A DNA stretch of 64,000 bases. Origin: Bdellovibrionales bacterium. GTDB lineage: Bacteria > Bdellovibrionota > Bdellovibrionia > Bdellovibrionales > UBA1609. Positions 1-9,376 of the stretch are shown piece after piece; the first letter of the stretch is position 1; each line of letters starts with the position of its first letter. A model generated the notes under the pieces. It did not search any database and was not told the DNA's origin. It saw nothing but the letters and a program-made list of their open reading frames with translations. The position numbers and the translations under genes were made by a program. Location: the NCBI GenBank assembly GCA_965204055.1, contig OZ241967.1:1318737-1382736 (forward strand), given 5' to 3'.

Positions 1-150
1 TTTTTTCTCTCTTTTATATTTTTAAGTTGTTCTATAGGGATAAATGAACAAACAGAAGATAGTTTAATAGCCACAGACGCTATAGCCACACCTGCTATAG
101 CCACAAGGGCTGTTGACTGTGAGGATCGGATAAATGACTATTCACAATGT

Positions 151-369
151 TTGATAAAATTCCATACAAAAGATTGTGACTCAGTCCAGAAATCTTTAGT
201 GGATAAGGAATTTAAAACAACCTATTATGCGGAATCTCATAAAGCTTGTGGTATGGAAAGCGTGCTGGCACTCTGTAATTTTAATGACCTAAATATTCAT
301 AATGTGTTTCATAGTTCTGTTAAAAATCGGACTGATAAAATCTTTAAACAGTGCAGAGTTCAGCAATAA
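151..369 (+). CDS. hypothetical small protein (72 aa)
   Basis: ORF only; no recognisable motif and no obvious RBS checked. Confidence 0.25.
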   Translation: MIKFHTKDCDSVQKSLVDKEFKTTYYAESHKACGMESVLALCNFNDLNIHNVFHSSVKNRTDKIFKQCRVQQ

Positions 370-455
370 AATAATAGTTTGTGCCCCCCTCTCCTTCATT
401 AAACTAAAAAGAGGTCAGCTTGCCTACTTTTTAGTCCCTTGAAGGCCGGGAGAAT

Positions 456-758
456 CTATAAACAGAGATTCTGTATTACTGATTCTTTCTTATGTTTTTT
501 ACGATATTTTTCTATTTCCGATTGACATTTTTGTTCAAAGTTTTGTTTATTTACTGATCTATCCCATGCTAAATTATCTGATATTTCTATAATAGCTTCT
601 CTAATAATCACAGCTTCTGCTAGTTGTGGAGCTCGATAGGCAATTTGTATCTCAGAACAATAAGGTTCTTTGATTTTTACTTCTCTGTATTCAGGTTTTA
701 GACGCATAAAAAAGATACGTTTTACTTCCGGTTTTATTTTTTTGTGATAATCTAACAC
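456..758 (-). CDS. hypothetical protein (100 aa)
   Basis: ORF downstream of the rloC-like gene on the same strand; no motif recognised. Confidence 0.35.
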   Translation of the reverse strand: MLDYHKKIKPEVKRIFFMRLKPEYREVKIKEPYCSEIQIAYRAPQLAEAVIIREAIIEISDNLAWDRSVNKQNFEQKCQSEIEKYRKKHKKESVIQNLCL

Positions 759-1039
759 AGTGACACCTCCTTATCTTTATTTACAAACTATCAAGTTCTA
801 TCTAAACTATCGCTTCCTGTTATATTTTATTATAAGGTTTTTTGCGCTAATAATCAAGATTAATGCGGTTTTGACGCACCGCCAACCATTTTGCTGACGC
901 AAGCAAAATGGTCATTCTCTTTTTTTCTCATCTGATTTTAATTTTCTCTCCTATTTTTTAACATCTTCAAAGTCATTGATTAGGTGTTTGTATCATTTTT
1001 GTTTTCATGTTGTTGCCTCCTCTGAAGTTTTATTTTTGA

Positions 1040-3439
1040 TTAGCCTTTTCTTTCCACTACTTTTACCATTTCGTTGTAATGCGTTTTATCAACCTCTTCT
1101 ATCCATTTGAAAATATCTCTTATAACTGGATAGCTTTCTCCCATAAGATTTTCTGCTGTGTCTTCGTTGATTTCAATTTTATCACTATGGGAATATTTAT
1201 TTATAAAATTGTGAATTTTCTCTTTAATTTCAGGAGTTGTTTTTTTACAGTTCGTGAGACCCGTATCTAATAAAATACCTAAATCAGAGCGGTGCTTTGG
1301 ATATTTAAAGTAAAAAAAAGATTCCAGCAGTTTTCTGGATAAATTTGCAGTCAAAAATGCTTGATTAATATCCAGATTGCTTGAGTCTTTAAAATTAAAA
1401 AGACTTTCAAAAATATAATGATACTCTGAATTATATTTAAGAAGGCTGTCAGGCATGTTGTCCAATTTAGCATTGCGTGTGCCTTGATCAGTCGGGGAAG
1501 GAGATTGTTTTTTATAACTGTTAGACATATTTTCTAATTCATTATTTTGATGAGGGATGGATACTTTTGCATTGACTATGAAAAAGTGTGCTGTGGGAGA
1601 GTTAGATTGTTTTTCTCTTTTACGATTTTTATTTCTCTTGATTAGCCAGTCTCGCACCAATTTAAAATAAGTAAAATTGTGTGTAAATACGAATAGCTGT
1701 TTAGCTTTCCCACAATGGGAGCGCAAAAATGAATACGCCTGAAACAAATTATTTGAATCAAAACTGGACATAGGATCATCTATAACAATAATACTATCTT
1801 TAACTTTGTTGTTTTTTTCTGTAAGTTTGGTAATAAAATAAATAAAGGCTATAGCTCTTTTTTCTCCTTCACTTAAGTATTGGCTGTGTTGCTCTTCCTG
1901 ATCTCGTATAATATCATATCCTTTATTTTTCTTGTTAAATTTAAGAGATAGGTTATTTCTGCCTAAAAACTTGTATAGATGTGAGTTGATTTTTTGTGCT
2001 CCAATCCCTTCATTAGAAAGAGAAGCTTCCAGTTTTTGAATTTTTGTTTTTCTATCTCTATCTTGTTTATCTAATTCTTTAATATTGTTTTTTTGTTTTG
2101 CTAAATTGTTCATCTTTTGATAATAATTAAAATTTTTAATTTTTTCAGTCGCATAATGAAGTTCAAGAGCTTTTTTTCTCTTTTTTGTTTCTATTTCAAA
2201 ATTGTTTGTTTTTTGATTATGCTTTTCCACAAGTTTTTTAATATTTTCAATATGAGAGTTCAGTTTTTGAAATACAAACTCATCTAAGCTATCAATAACC
2301 AATGATGTATTAAAAGGATTTTTGATTTTTTCTTGTATAAGATTTTTCCATTTTTCAAGTAAATTATTTATTTCTTTTGATGTGGAAATTAAATTGTTAG
2401 AATCTTTTTTAAAGTTTTCCTCAAATTCCTTATAAAACTTTTCTCTACTCGGAAGTTTATCGTCTATCTGGATAAAAAGCCCACTGATTGATTCAGAAAC
2501 TCTTTGTAAATTGTTCTTAAAGTTTTCAAACTCTTTATTAAAATGCCCTTCCAGTTGTTTAATACGTTCTACTGGCAGGGTATTGTTACAAAATTCACAT
2601 TTGTCAGATTTATGTTTTTTATGTATTTTAATGCCTGTTTCGACCCACGACTGTATATCACTTTTTAAAACAAATCGCTCTATTGTGTTACTTACAACAC
2701 TTTTACTTAACAGTTTAGAGATTTCTGTTTCTTTAGTTTTAAGTTTTTCAAAATTAATTACAGGCAAATTTAATTCAATTTTATCTTTTTTGTTAGGCTT
2801 TGCTCCTTCTATACATTGTTTTACTTGTGTTTCTTTTAATAAGCTTGATTTTTCTTTTACTACTTTTTTGTTTTCATTCATAAATTGTTCTAATTTTCTT
2901 TTATCATAGTTCATAAAATAATTGTCATTTGTATCAATAGTTTGTAGATTCTGCTTTATGGATTTAGCGGTCTGGGTCATAAATTTTAATATTTCTTTTT
3001 CAGAATCTCTTATATCATTTTCTATTTTTTGGTTGTTTTTAATACTAATTTGTTGTTTCTCTTTTAATTGGTTTAATTGTTTTCTTTCACCAATTTTTTC
3101 TTCTGCTATAAGTAAAATGCTTTTTACAGAATTGTCCCAGTCAATATTTTCTTTAATGAAAGAGTTATTAAATATATGTAGATTTAAGTTTAACTTGCTT
3201 AAATTTTTCTGTGTTATTTTGTTTTTGTTTTCCATAGTGATAGAAAACTCTGATGAAGAAAATCTGTCGGGCAGTTTTTTCTTTTTTAGTAATTCAAATA
3301 AGGAAACAAGAGTTGTTTTTCCACTCCCGTTCCACCCATAGATTAAATTGAATTTATTAAAATCCTGAACATCTTTATTTGTTTGAGAATAGTCTTTAAA
3401 AATTCCAAAATTTTTAAGGTGTTTTATGTTTTTTATCAT
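1040..3439 (-). CDS. rloC: RloC-like anticodon nuclease: ABC/AAA_13-type ATPase with a coiled-coil zinc-hook insert and a PrrC-type C-terminal domain
   Basis: 799 aa. P-loop GWNGSGKTT, signature-like LSEGEKRAIAF and Walker B IIVIDDPMSSFD. These are separated by about 450 aa of Lys/Glu-rich coiled coil containing a CxxC loop (KCEFCNN). The C-terminal part has an R-x3-E...H pattern (SRKLLESFFYF ... KYSHSD), as in PrrC/RloC nuclease domains. It is embedded in a type I R-M locus, as prrC/rloC usually are. Confidence 0.75.
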   Translation of the reverse strand: MIKNIKHLKNFGIFKDYSQTNKDVQDFNKFNLIYGWNGSGKTTLVSLFELLKKKKLPDRFSSSEFSITMENKNKITQKNLSKLNLNLHIFNNSFIKENIDWDNSVKSILLIAEEKIGERKQLNQLKEKQQISIKNNQKIENDIRDSEKEILKFMTQTAKSIKQNLQTIDTNDNYFMNYDKRKLEQFMNENKKVVKEKSSLLKETQVKQCIEGAKPNKKDKIELNLPVINFEKLKTKETEISKLLSKSVVSNTIERFVLKSDIQSWVETGIKIHKKHKSDKCEFCNNTLPVERIKQLEGHFNKEFENFKNNLQRVSESISGLFIQIDDKLPSREKFYKEFEENFKKDSNNLISTSKEINNLLEKWKNLIQEKIKNPFNTSLVIDSLDEFVFQKLNSHIENIKKLVEKHNQKTNNFEIETKKRKKALELHYATEKIKNFNYYQKMNNLAKQKNNIKELDKQDRDRKTKIQKLEASLSNEGIGAQKINSHLYKFLGRNNLSLKFNKKNKGYDIIRDQEEQHSQYLSEGEKRAIAFIYFITKLTEKNNKVKDSIIVIDDPMSSFDSNNLFQAYSFLRSHCGKAKQLFVFTHNFTYFKLVRDWLIKRNKNRKREKQSNSPTAHFFIVNAKVSIPHQNNELENMSNSYKKQSPSPTDQGTRNAKLDNMPDSLLKYNSEYHYIFESLFNFKDSSNLDINQAFLTANLSRKLLESFFYFKYPKHRSDLGILLDTGLTNCKKTTPEIKEKIHNFINKYSHSDKIEINEDTAENLMGESYPVIRDIFKWIEEVDKTHYNEMVKVVERKG

Positions 3440-3477
3440 ATTTTTGTCCTTATTTTTTATATTTTATATTTAACTCA

Positions 3478-4341
3478 TTAGTTATTTAAAATCTTTTGTT
3501 TAATTTTTTCAAAATGGTTGTTATCATGTTCTTGTCTAAACAAAGATTTTTCTACAACATCCTCATTGATATATTTTTTAGCTGATGCTTGATTATGCTT
3601 AATACTGTTTAGTAAAAAGCATAAAGCTTTTTCTTTTATATCAGATATATCATCATTAAAGAAACAACGGCAAAAAAACTTGTTTTTCAAAAAAGGAAAA
3701 TATTTTGGCAATTTATCTATGGTTTTTGGTGTAGATGGGGTTTGACCTTGATATCCTATTTTCACCTCACCTATTTTCTCTTGTTTTCCCCAAATTTCAA
3801 ACTCAGTATAATATCCATAATCATTCCACAGTGTGGGGTTTCCTTGAGAAAGACGATTATATTTTGGATAAATAGAAATAAACTTTGCTTTTGCACGGTT
3901 AATAGCGAAGCCTTTGATTTTCAGTTTCTGTAAACACTGTTTTTCTTTTTTCCAATATTGTTTATATTTACTGCTAAATATTATTTCCTTGATCAATTTA
4001 GGGAACAACTGTTGTATATTTTTATACTTTATAGCTTGTTGTCTTGCAATAAAACCCCAAGAAGAAGTTGTGTTATCAATAGTGGAAATTATTGGTTTTT
4101 TATGAGCTATTGCCATACCGATTTCCTGATTGCAGTATATGCTGTCTTTTGCCTCTTTGTTTCCGACTATTAAGAAAATATCACAATTTGCAATTTCTTT
4201 TTTTATTCTCTCCAAGTCATGCTCTCCGGGAGTTATGTCATCATGTGCTAAAAAGCAGTTTATTCCACAAATAAACAAATCTCTTTTTAGATCGCCAAGA
4301 ACTTTCTTATCCGTTGCTGAATGACTTATAAACATTTTCAT
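3478..4341 (-). CDS. TIR-domain protein with an uncharacterised C-terminal domain
   Basis: 287 aa. The N-terminal ~130 aa fit the bacterial TIR pattern (MFISHSATDKK, FLAHDD, SIYCNQEIGMA with the conserved Glu). ATGA start/stop overlap with hsdS at 4338-4341. Confidence 0.7.
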   Translation of the reverse strand: MKMFISHSATDKKVLGDLKRDLFICGINCFLAHDDITPGEHDLERIKKEIANCDIFLIVGNKEAKDSIYCNQEIGMAIAHKKPIISTIDNTTSSWGFIARQQAIKYKNIQQLFPKLIKEIIFSSKYKQYWKKEKQCLQKLKIKGFAINRAKAKFISIYPKYNRLSQGNPTLWNDYGYYTEFEIWGKQEKIGEVKIGYQGQTPSTPKTIDKLPKYFPFLKNKFFCRCFFNDDISDIKEKALCFLLNSIKHNQASAKKYINEDVVEKSLFRQEHDNNHFEKIKQKILNN

Positions 4342-5690
4342 ATTTTTAGTCTCCAGTGGCCGGTGAGGAGTTTTTGCATAAGCCCCTTCTTTTGTATGCG
4401 GTATTTTTCCATTGTTTTTTTAAGCAGATCAATTTCTTTTTGAGCAGTATAGAGTGTGTGAGCAATGTTTTTTTGCTGTTCAAATTTTGGTAGAGAAATT
4501 TTCAAAGTTTTTAAATCCTTTCCGTATAAATGGATAATTGTAATTCCTTGTGTAAAATTGGCTATTTCCTTTTTTTTACTATGCGTGAGACAATAAGAAA
4601 GAAATGCAGAGTCATACCTCTGTATGTATTTCTTTACTCTTAAAATATTGATATCACCTCCCAATAAAACATCATCTTCAAACAATGCTGTTGCATTAGC
4701 TAAGTCAATACCTTTTGTTGTAGTAGAACCAGGAAGTAAAACATCTCCAGTTTTTGACACAACTCCATTTTCTATATTCGTACGACTTACAATCTCCTTA
4801 ATAATTTCAGGATAAACTGTGTATAACTCTCCATATAATATACACTTATTTTTTCCAGTTTTACTGATATTGCTTTTTGATAGCCCCTTTCCTTTAAAAA
4901 TTTTACAAATATCATCTAATTTTACTGTTTTCCAGGTGGGGTTTTGTTGTTGGTCAGAAATGAGTTTTTTTAACAGCCACTTAAATTGTTGTTCCTTGGC
5001 AGAAATAAGCTGTTCGGTTTTTTCAATAGCCCTGTCCCACACCTCCAACACAGAAACAATCGCCCTTTGCTCAGCAAGGGGAGGGAGCACAATCCAATAT
5101 AGGTTAGCTTGTGGTATTGTGAGTTGTGGTACTCCTGTTGTTTCTTTCAAGAATTTAATTTTATGGTTAATGTATTCAGAAACAAATTTATTTAAAACTG
5201 GAATTTTACTTTTTAATACTAATAACCGGCCTATTGCTACAAATCTTGTTTCTCTATAATTTGCTATACCGATATCTCCTCTGGCAGTAATGGTAATTGC
5301 GTCTGCATCGTGCTTTGCATAAGTACTGTAACCATACAATCCTTTATTTGTCAGTGCATTGGAATAGATAGGATATAGATGAAGTGTATCTTGAACTAAC
5401 GCAGACTCTCGAGGATTAAAATCCCCCCCTGCGGAAATATTATAAACATCACCTAATTTCATTCCTTTCCATCCTTTAGGCAACTTTGAATCTTCTCCTT
5501 TTATTCTCACTCTGTTGTTTTGGATTCCTGATTTTGCGGGACGGGTAGACAAATTGTTGCCTTCCCGTTTAGGTTCTAGATTTTTGCTCAAACGCGGGCC
5601 TGCAAAGCCAACGATTTGGCTTTGCAGTTTAGCAGTAGTGAGCGACCTATTTGTTTGTTTGTTCTTCATATTTTTAAATCCTATGTTCAT
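4338..5690 (-). CDS. hsdS: type I restriction-modification specificity subunit HsdS (two target-recognition domains)
   Basis: Two TRD-like halves, each followed by a conserved helix (PPLAEQRAIVSVLEVWDRAIEK and LPKFEQQKNIAHTLYTAQKEIDLL). The first ~70 codons of the ORF run through a MITE-type palindrome (5590-5630). The true start is probably further in, for example the ATG at 5462 or the TTG before LPKGW. Confidence 0.85.
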   Translation of the reverse strand: MNIGFKNMKNKQTNRSLTTAKLQSQIVGFAGPRLSKNLEPKREGNNLSTRPAKSGIQNNRVRIKGEDSKLPKGWKGMKLGDVYNISAGGDFNPRESALVQDTLHLYPIYSNALTNKGLYGYSTYAKHDADAITITARGDIGIANYRETRFVAIGRLLVLKSKIPVLNKFVSEYINHKIKFLKETTGVPQLTIPQANLYWIVLPPLAEQRAIVSVLEVWDRAIEKTEQLISAKEQQFKWLLKKLISDQQQNPTWKTVKLDDICKIFKGKGLSKSNISKTGKNKCILYGELYTVYPEIIKEIVSRTNIENGVVSKTGDVLLPGSTTTKGIDLANATALFEDDVLLGGDINILRVKKYIQRYDSAFLSYCLTHSKKKEIANFTQGITIIHLYGKDLKTLKISLPKFEQQKNIAHTLYTAQKEIDLLKKTMEKYRIQKKGLMQKLLTGHWRLKI

Positions 5691-5705
5691 TACACATATT
5701 TTTTA

Positions 5706-5987
5706 TTACCCATCGCTATCCTTGTTATATTTTGGATTGCGCCCACCATGATTTTGCCGATACTGCTTTAAATCCTGTGCTTCCTTTCTTTTTGCTCCAG
5801 CCTCTGTCATTTTTCGAGAGGTTGGCTGAAGATGAGAAAATCGTTTTCCTTCTTGTTTATGTTGCATTTCTCTTTTTTCTGGATCCTGGGTTATACCTTT
5901 ATAAACAACCTTTCTATTTTGTTTTAAATTGTATGTTATAGTATTTTTTTTTGGCATATTTGCCTCCTTTGTTGTTTTTTTGTTCAT
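5706..5987 (-). CDS. small basic protein with a weak GIY-YIG-like pattern
   Basis: 93 aa; ITYNLKQNRKVVYKGITQDPEKREMQH loosely resembles GIY..YIG..R..H of URI nucleases. Weak call. Confidence 0.35.
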   Translation of the reverse strand: MNKKTTKEANMPKKNTITYNLKQNRKVVYKGITQDPEKREMQHKQEGKRFSHLQPTSRKMTEAGAKRKEAQDLKQYRQNHGGRNPKYNKDSDG

Positions 5988-6059
5988 TGGTTTTTTCTTT
6001 CTATTTTGTTCTTTCCCAGTCTTTTTCTTTTGCCTTTCTCAAGTGCTTTAATACCGCTG

Positions 6060-6371
6060 TCAGGTGTGGGCAAATCTTCCGGCATACCTACTTAGACGAT
6101 AGTCGTAGTCTGGGATATGACGCTCTACACCTAAGCCAATTTTGACCATTTTTCCCAGCTGGGAAAAATGGTCAGAAGGGGAGTTTTTGGAATTTTCACA
6201 AGCTTTTATAGCTTTTTGAATAACCACTTTAAATTTATCCCAACTACTGTATCCTAAAACCACCTGTAAGTCTCTGGCAGACCAAAACTCTACCCCTTCC
6301 GGTGTTTTTTGACGAATATCCTCAAAGGTTTTGTGGTGGCTTTTCAATACTGGTCTGGTTTTATTCTTCAT
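6060..6371 (-). pseudogene. DinD-like (DNA-damage-inducible protein D) N-terminal fragment
   Basis: FEDIRQKTPEGVEFWSARDLQVVLGYSSWDKFKVVIQKAIKACENS matches the N-terminal half of DinD-type proteins. The ORF is too short and its C-terminus looks unrelated. Confidence 0.55.
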
Positions 6372-6586
6372 TTTTTCCTCCTGTCTGTTTTTCTTTTCAC
6401 TTGCTTTGTTAGCTGTTCAATTTCTTTTATATTCATATCAAGGTTATAGTGTGTCATGTTGTAAGATTTGCCATCAGTGGCAGTGTTCGCCAGACTGTTC
6501 CTTCTAAAGCCCTTAATTGAACCTCTACCTGACCATTTTTCGGGTGTGTATATAATCATCTCCCTTTTATGTAACAGTTTATTCAT
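6368..6586 (-). pseudogene. RhuM-like fragment
   Basis: ATDGKSYNMTHYNLDM resembles the DGK.Y....YNLD core of RhuM-family proteins, which are often found between hsdM and hsdS. Only 72 aa. Confidence 0.45.
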
Positions 6587-8088
6587 ACTCCAAACTCCTT
6601 TAATCGCTTGCTCATCTCTGTGCGTGTTTTACTTAATTCTTTTTCCAAATCTTTAATCTCCCTTTGCGTCTTATGAATATCTACTACCTCCTCTTCCTCA
6701 AAAGTATCTACATAACGGGGAATGTTTAGGTTGTATTCATTTTCTCGAATTTCCTTTAAGGGTGAAAGATAAGCGTATTTGTCTATATTTTTTCTTTTTT
6801 TAGAAGCATTTAAAATTTTTTCAATATCTTGCTCCCGAAGTTTATTTTGATTTTTACCTGTTAAAAAATCCCGGCTGGCATCAATAAATAACACATCTTT
6901 TTTCTTTTTGTTTTTATGAAAAATCAAAAGAGCGGCCGGAATACCTGTTCCAAAAAAAAGCCCCGAAGGAAGGCCAATTACTATGTGTATTATGTTTTCT
7001 TCTATCATTTTTTCCCTGATGCGTCCTTCTGCTCCTCCGCGAAAAAGCACTCCGTGAGGAACAACCACACCGGCTTTTCCATCCGGTTTTACGCTTTCAA
7101 CAGCATGGGATATAAAAGCCCAGTCCCCTTTTGCATCAGGAGGCATGCCTCGATGAAAACGATTATAAGAATCATTTTGCGCGCTTTCATAACCCCATTT
7201 TTTTTTGCTAAAAGGGGGATTAGCTATCACCTTATTAAACTGCATTATGGATTTTTTTTCCAAAAATTGAGGAGACTGAATAGTGTCTCCCCATTCAATA
7301 TAAGATTGTGTTATCCCATGTAAAAACATATTCATTTTAGCTAAAGCCCAAGTTCCTCCGTTTATCTCTTGCCCGTATAGGGCAAAATTGGCACTGTTGA
7401 TTTCCTGTCTGGCTTTAATCAAAAGAGAGCCTGTTCCGCAAGCCGGATCGTAAATTTTATCTCCCTCTTTTGGTTCAATCAGTTTGGCTAATAACTTTGA
7501 TACTTCCGCAGGAGTAAAAAACTCTCCACCCTTCTTTCCCGCTTTTTCTGCAAAGTTTTGAATCAAATACAAATAGGAAGCACCAATAATATCTGACTGG
7601 CCTAAAAAATGTTTGAGATCGATATCTTTAAAATCGTTAATTAAATGTCTTAAAAGGGCATTTTTAGCTTTTGGCTTTCCCAGTAGAGCTTCTGAATTAA
7701 AATCCACATTTCTAAACACATTGTGCAGTTTTAATTGGTTAAGATCTTCCACTTCGTGAAAAACCTTGTTAATAATTTCTCCAATGTTGTCTTTGTTTCT
7801 GTGAGTAAAGATATAATTAAAGGAGCATTTATCATTTAATACAAAGGGTTCTCGTTTTAATCTTCTGTGGATTTTCTCTTTGTTCCCTTTGTAAGTCTTT
7901 GTGTATTCTTTTATCTTACTTTCATAAATATCAGAAATATACTTAAGAAATAAAAACGCCAGAATATAATCTTTATATTGGGAAGCATCAATCGTATGCC
8001 TAAAGGTGTCGCATGCCTTCCATAACTTTGCGTTTAACTCGTTAATAGAGGAATTAGATTTTTCGGTTGTTTTCTTATTAGGTTTCAT
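6583..8088 (-). CDS. hsdM: type I restriction-modification DNA methyltransferase subunit HsdM (N6-adenine)
   Basis: 501 aa. HsdM N-terminal domain (LWKACDTFR, YKDYILAFLFLKYISD), AdoMet motif DPACGTGSLL and catalytic NPPF (VIANPPFSKKKW). Confidence 0.95.
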   Translation of the reverse strand: MKPNKKTTEKSNSSINELNAKLWKACDTFRHTIDASQYKDYILAFLFLKYISDIYESKIKEYTKTYKGNKEKIHRRLKREPFVLNDKCSFNYIFTHRNKDNIGEIINKVFHEVEDLNQLKLHNVFRNVDFNSEALLGKPKAKNALLRHLINDFKDIDLKHFLGQSDIIGASYLYLIQNFAEKAGKKGGEFFTPAEVSKLLAKLIEPKEGDKIYDPACGTGSLLIKARQEINSANFALYGQEINGGTWALAKMNMFLHGITQSYIEWGDTIQSPQFLEKKSIMQFNKVIANPPFSKKKWGYESAQNDSYNRFHRGMPPDAKGDWAFISHAVESVKPDGKAGVVVPHGVLFRGGAEGRIREKMIEENIIHIVIGLPSGLFFGTGIPAALLIFHKNKKKKDVLFIDASRDFLTGKNQNKLREQDIEKILNASKKRKNIDKYAYLSPLKEIRENEYNLNIPRYVDTFEEEEVVDIHKTQREIKDLEKELSKTRTEMSKRLKEFGV

Positions 8089-8163
8089 TGTTAGTTTCCT
8101 TTTTTATTAGGTTTCATTGTTAGTTTCCTTTTTTATTAGGTTTCATTGTTAGTTTCCTTTTTT
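8077..8163. repeat. three perfect 29-bp tandem repeats carrying the hsdM RBS and start codon
   Basis: The unit attaggtttcattgttagtttcctttttt occurs at 8077-8105, 8106-8134 and 8135-8163. Counted by hand, no mismatches. Confidence 0.95.
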
Positions 8164-8932
8164 ATAAAAGTTTCTTCAATACTGAGTTTATTAAAATATG
8201 TTTTTTTTCGTCTACTGTTTCTTGTAAAAGTTTTTCCCGTGCTCTTAATTTTAATAAACACACAATTTTTTTTTGAATACTCATAGAGGGCAGAGGAATT
8301 TTAAAATTCATTAGATCGATTCTGGAAATAAAAGGTAGAGCAGAACCTGTAAGATGCTTTTGGACATAGCCCCTTATAGTAAAGCTTTGATTTAAAGCCC
8401 AACACAGGTAATCTGAATCAATATAATTAACTTTAGGGCGCAAAATATAAAAATGTGCCATTGGTAATGTGTTGTTAATTGGCCCTGTGTATCGAAACGC
8501 GCCAGGATTTAGTTTAGAAAGATATAGGACATCATTTTTTTGAACAAGATATTTGCTTATAAATTTGCTTTTTCGCTCAGGAATAAACATTTGTTCTAAA
8601 CCATCCAGTTTTATATGATATAATATGTCGCGACAGGCAGATTTTGCCTGTATAAGGTTATAACTTTTATATTTTTCTTTCGGGTTTATAAGGTGTAGGG
8701 CTTTGCCTGTTTCTTCTGAGGAAAAGTTAGAATAGGGTACGCTTACTTCTGATAATTTGTGGAACTTTGTTTTTAATTTCTGAGGTGGTTCTGCTGGGTC
8801 ATTAAGATTTTTATCTGTAAAAGCAAAAGGAAGGTGAGCTTTTATCTTCTGTGCAAATCCTCTAACCTGAAAGCCAGTTTGAATAGCAATAAGGTTCGAT
8901 AATATGGCTTCTTTAGATTTAAAACGAGACAT
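8162..8932 (-). CDS. half-size HsdS-like specificity protein (single TRD)
   Basis: 256 aa. The C-terminal part (ALPFISRIDLMNFKIPLPSMSIQKKIVCLLKLRAREKLLQ) matches the TRD-plus-conserved-helix pattern of HsdS. It lies directly upstream of hsdM on the same strand. Confidence 0.7.
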   Translation of the reverse strand: MSRFKSKEAILSNLIAIQTGFQVRGFAQKIKAHLPFAFTDKNLNDPAEPPQKLKTKFHKLSEVSVPYSNFSSEETGKALHLINPKEKYKSYNLIQAKSACRDILYHIKLDGLEQMFIPERKSKFISKYLVQKNDVLYLSKLNPGAFRYTGPINNTLPMAHFYILRPKVNYIDSDYLCWALNQSFTIRGYVQKHLTGSALPFISRIDLMNFKIPLPSMSIQKKIVCLLKLRAREKLLQETVDEKKHILINSVLKKLL

Positions 8933-9331
8933 TTATGCCCTCCTTAATCTCTTTGAGCTTAATTTGCACCTCCAAACAACTCGGGATTTTATTATTTATC
9001 ATTTATGCCTTCCTTCTGAGCTATTAATATAGATGTTTTAGATTTAAAGCGAGGCATTTATGCCCTCCTTCAGAGCTATTTTAAAAAAAAACTGTATTTT
9101 TTATTTATTCAAAAATATAAAATTAAGTATGTCAAGAAAAAAATTGCATAAATTAAAAATTCAATAAAAAATATGTAAAAAGTGGTTTTAAGTGGTTTTT
9201 GATGCTAAGCATAAAATTTTTCTTGAATTTTAATAAGTCTTGTGCGATAAATTCATCATACCCCCAGTTACGGCCTTGAGCCGGCTGGCCCCGGGAGCCT
9301 GAGCGACCGGTTTTTTTTTACCTTAGTTTAT

Positions 9332-9376
9332 ATGAAAAAAGTTATAGCTTTTATAGATGGGTTCAACCTTTATCCC
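9332..9376 (+). pseudogene. NYN-domain (LabA-like) gene stub, cut off by an IS end
   Basis: MKKVIAFIDGFNLY is a typical NYN-domain N-terminus. Homology stops where the IS1634-type end begins. Confidence 0.45.

Noticed and set aside
1079-3341. Plus-strand ORFs 1079..1270, 2511..2909 and 2922..3341 inside the rloC-like gene. Similar antisense ORFs occur inside hsdS, hsdM, the TIR gene, the 1711-aa gene, dnaK and others.
   Set aside because: They are Phe/Leu/Ser/Ile-rich mirror-image ORFs of Lys/Glu/Asn-rich genes in AT-rich DNA. They have no RBS or motifs, and each fully overlaps a much better-supported gene.
8077-8163. Possible CRISPR array. Regular short repeats here and at 52211-52343 and 24625-24773 prompted the check.
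   Set aside because: The 29-bp units are contiguous with no spacers, and the other arrays have only 2-3 units with non-unique spacers. No cas genes lie in the window. I saw no CRISPR-like repeat/spacer architecture anywhere.
9240-9330. GC-rich segment ggccttgagccggctggccccgggagcctgagcgaccgg followed by T9, considered as a small RNA or terminator.
   Set aside because: The two halves are direct rather than inverted repeats, so I could not draw a convincing stem. It resembles a degenerate piece of the MITE hairpin module.
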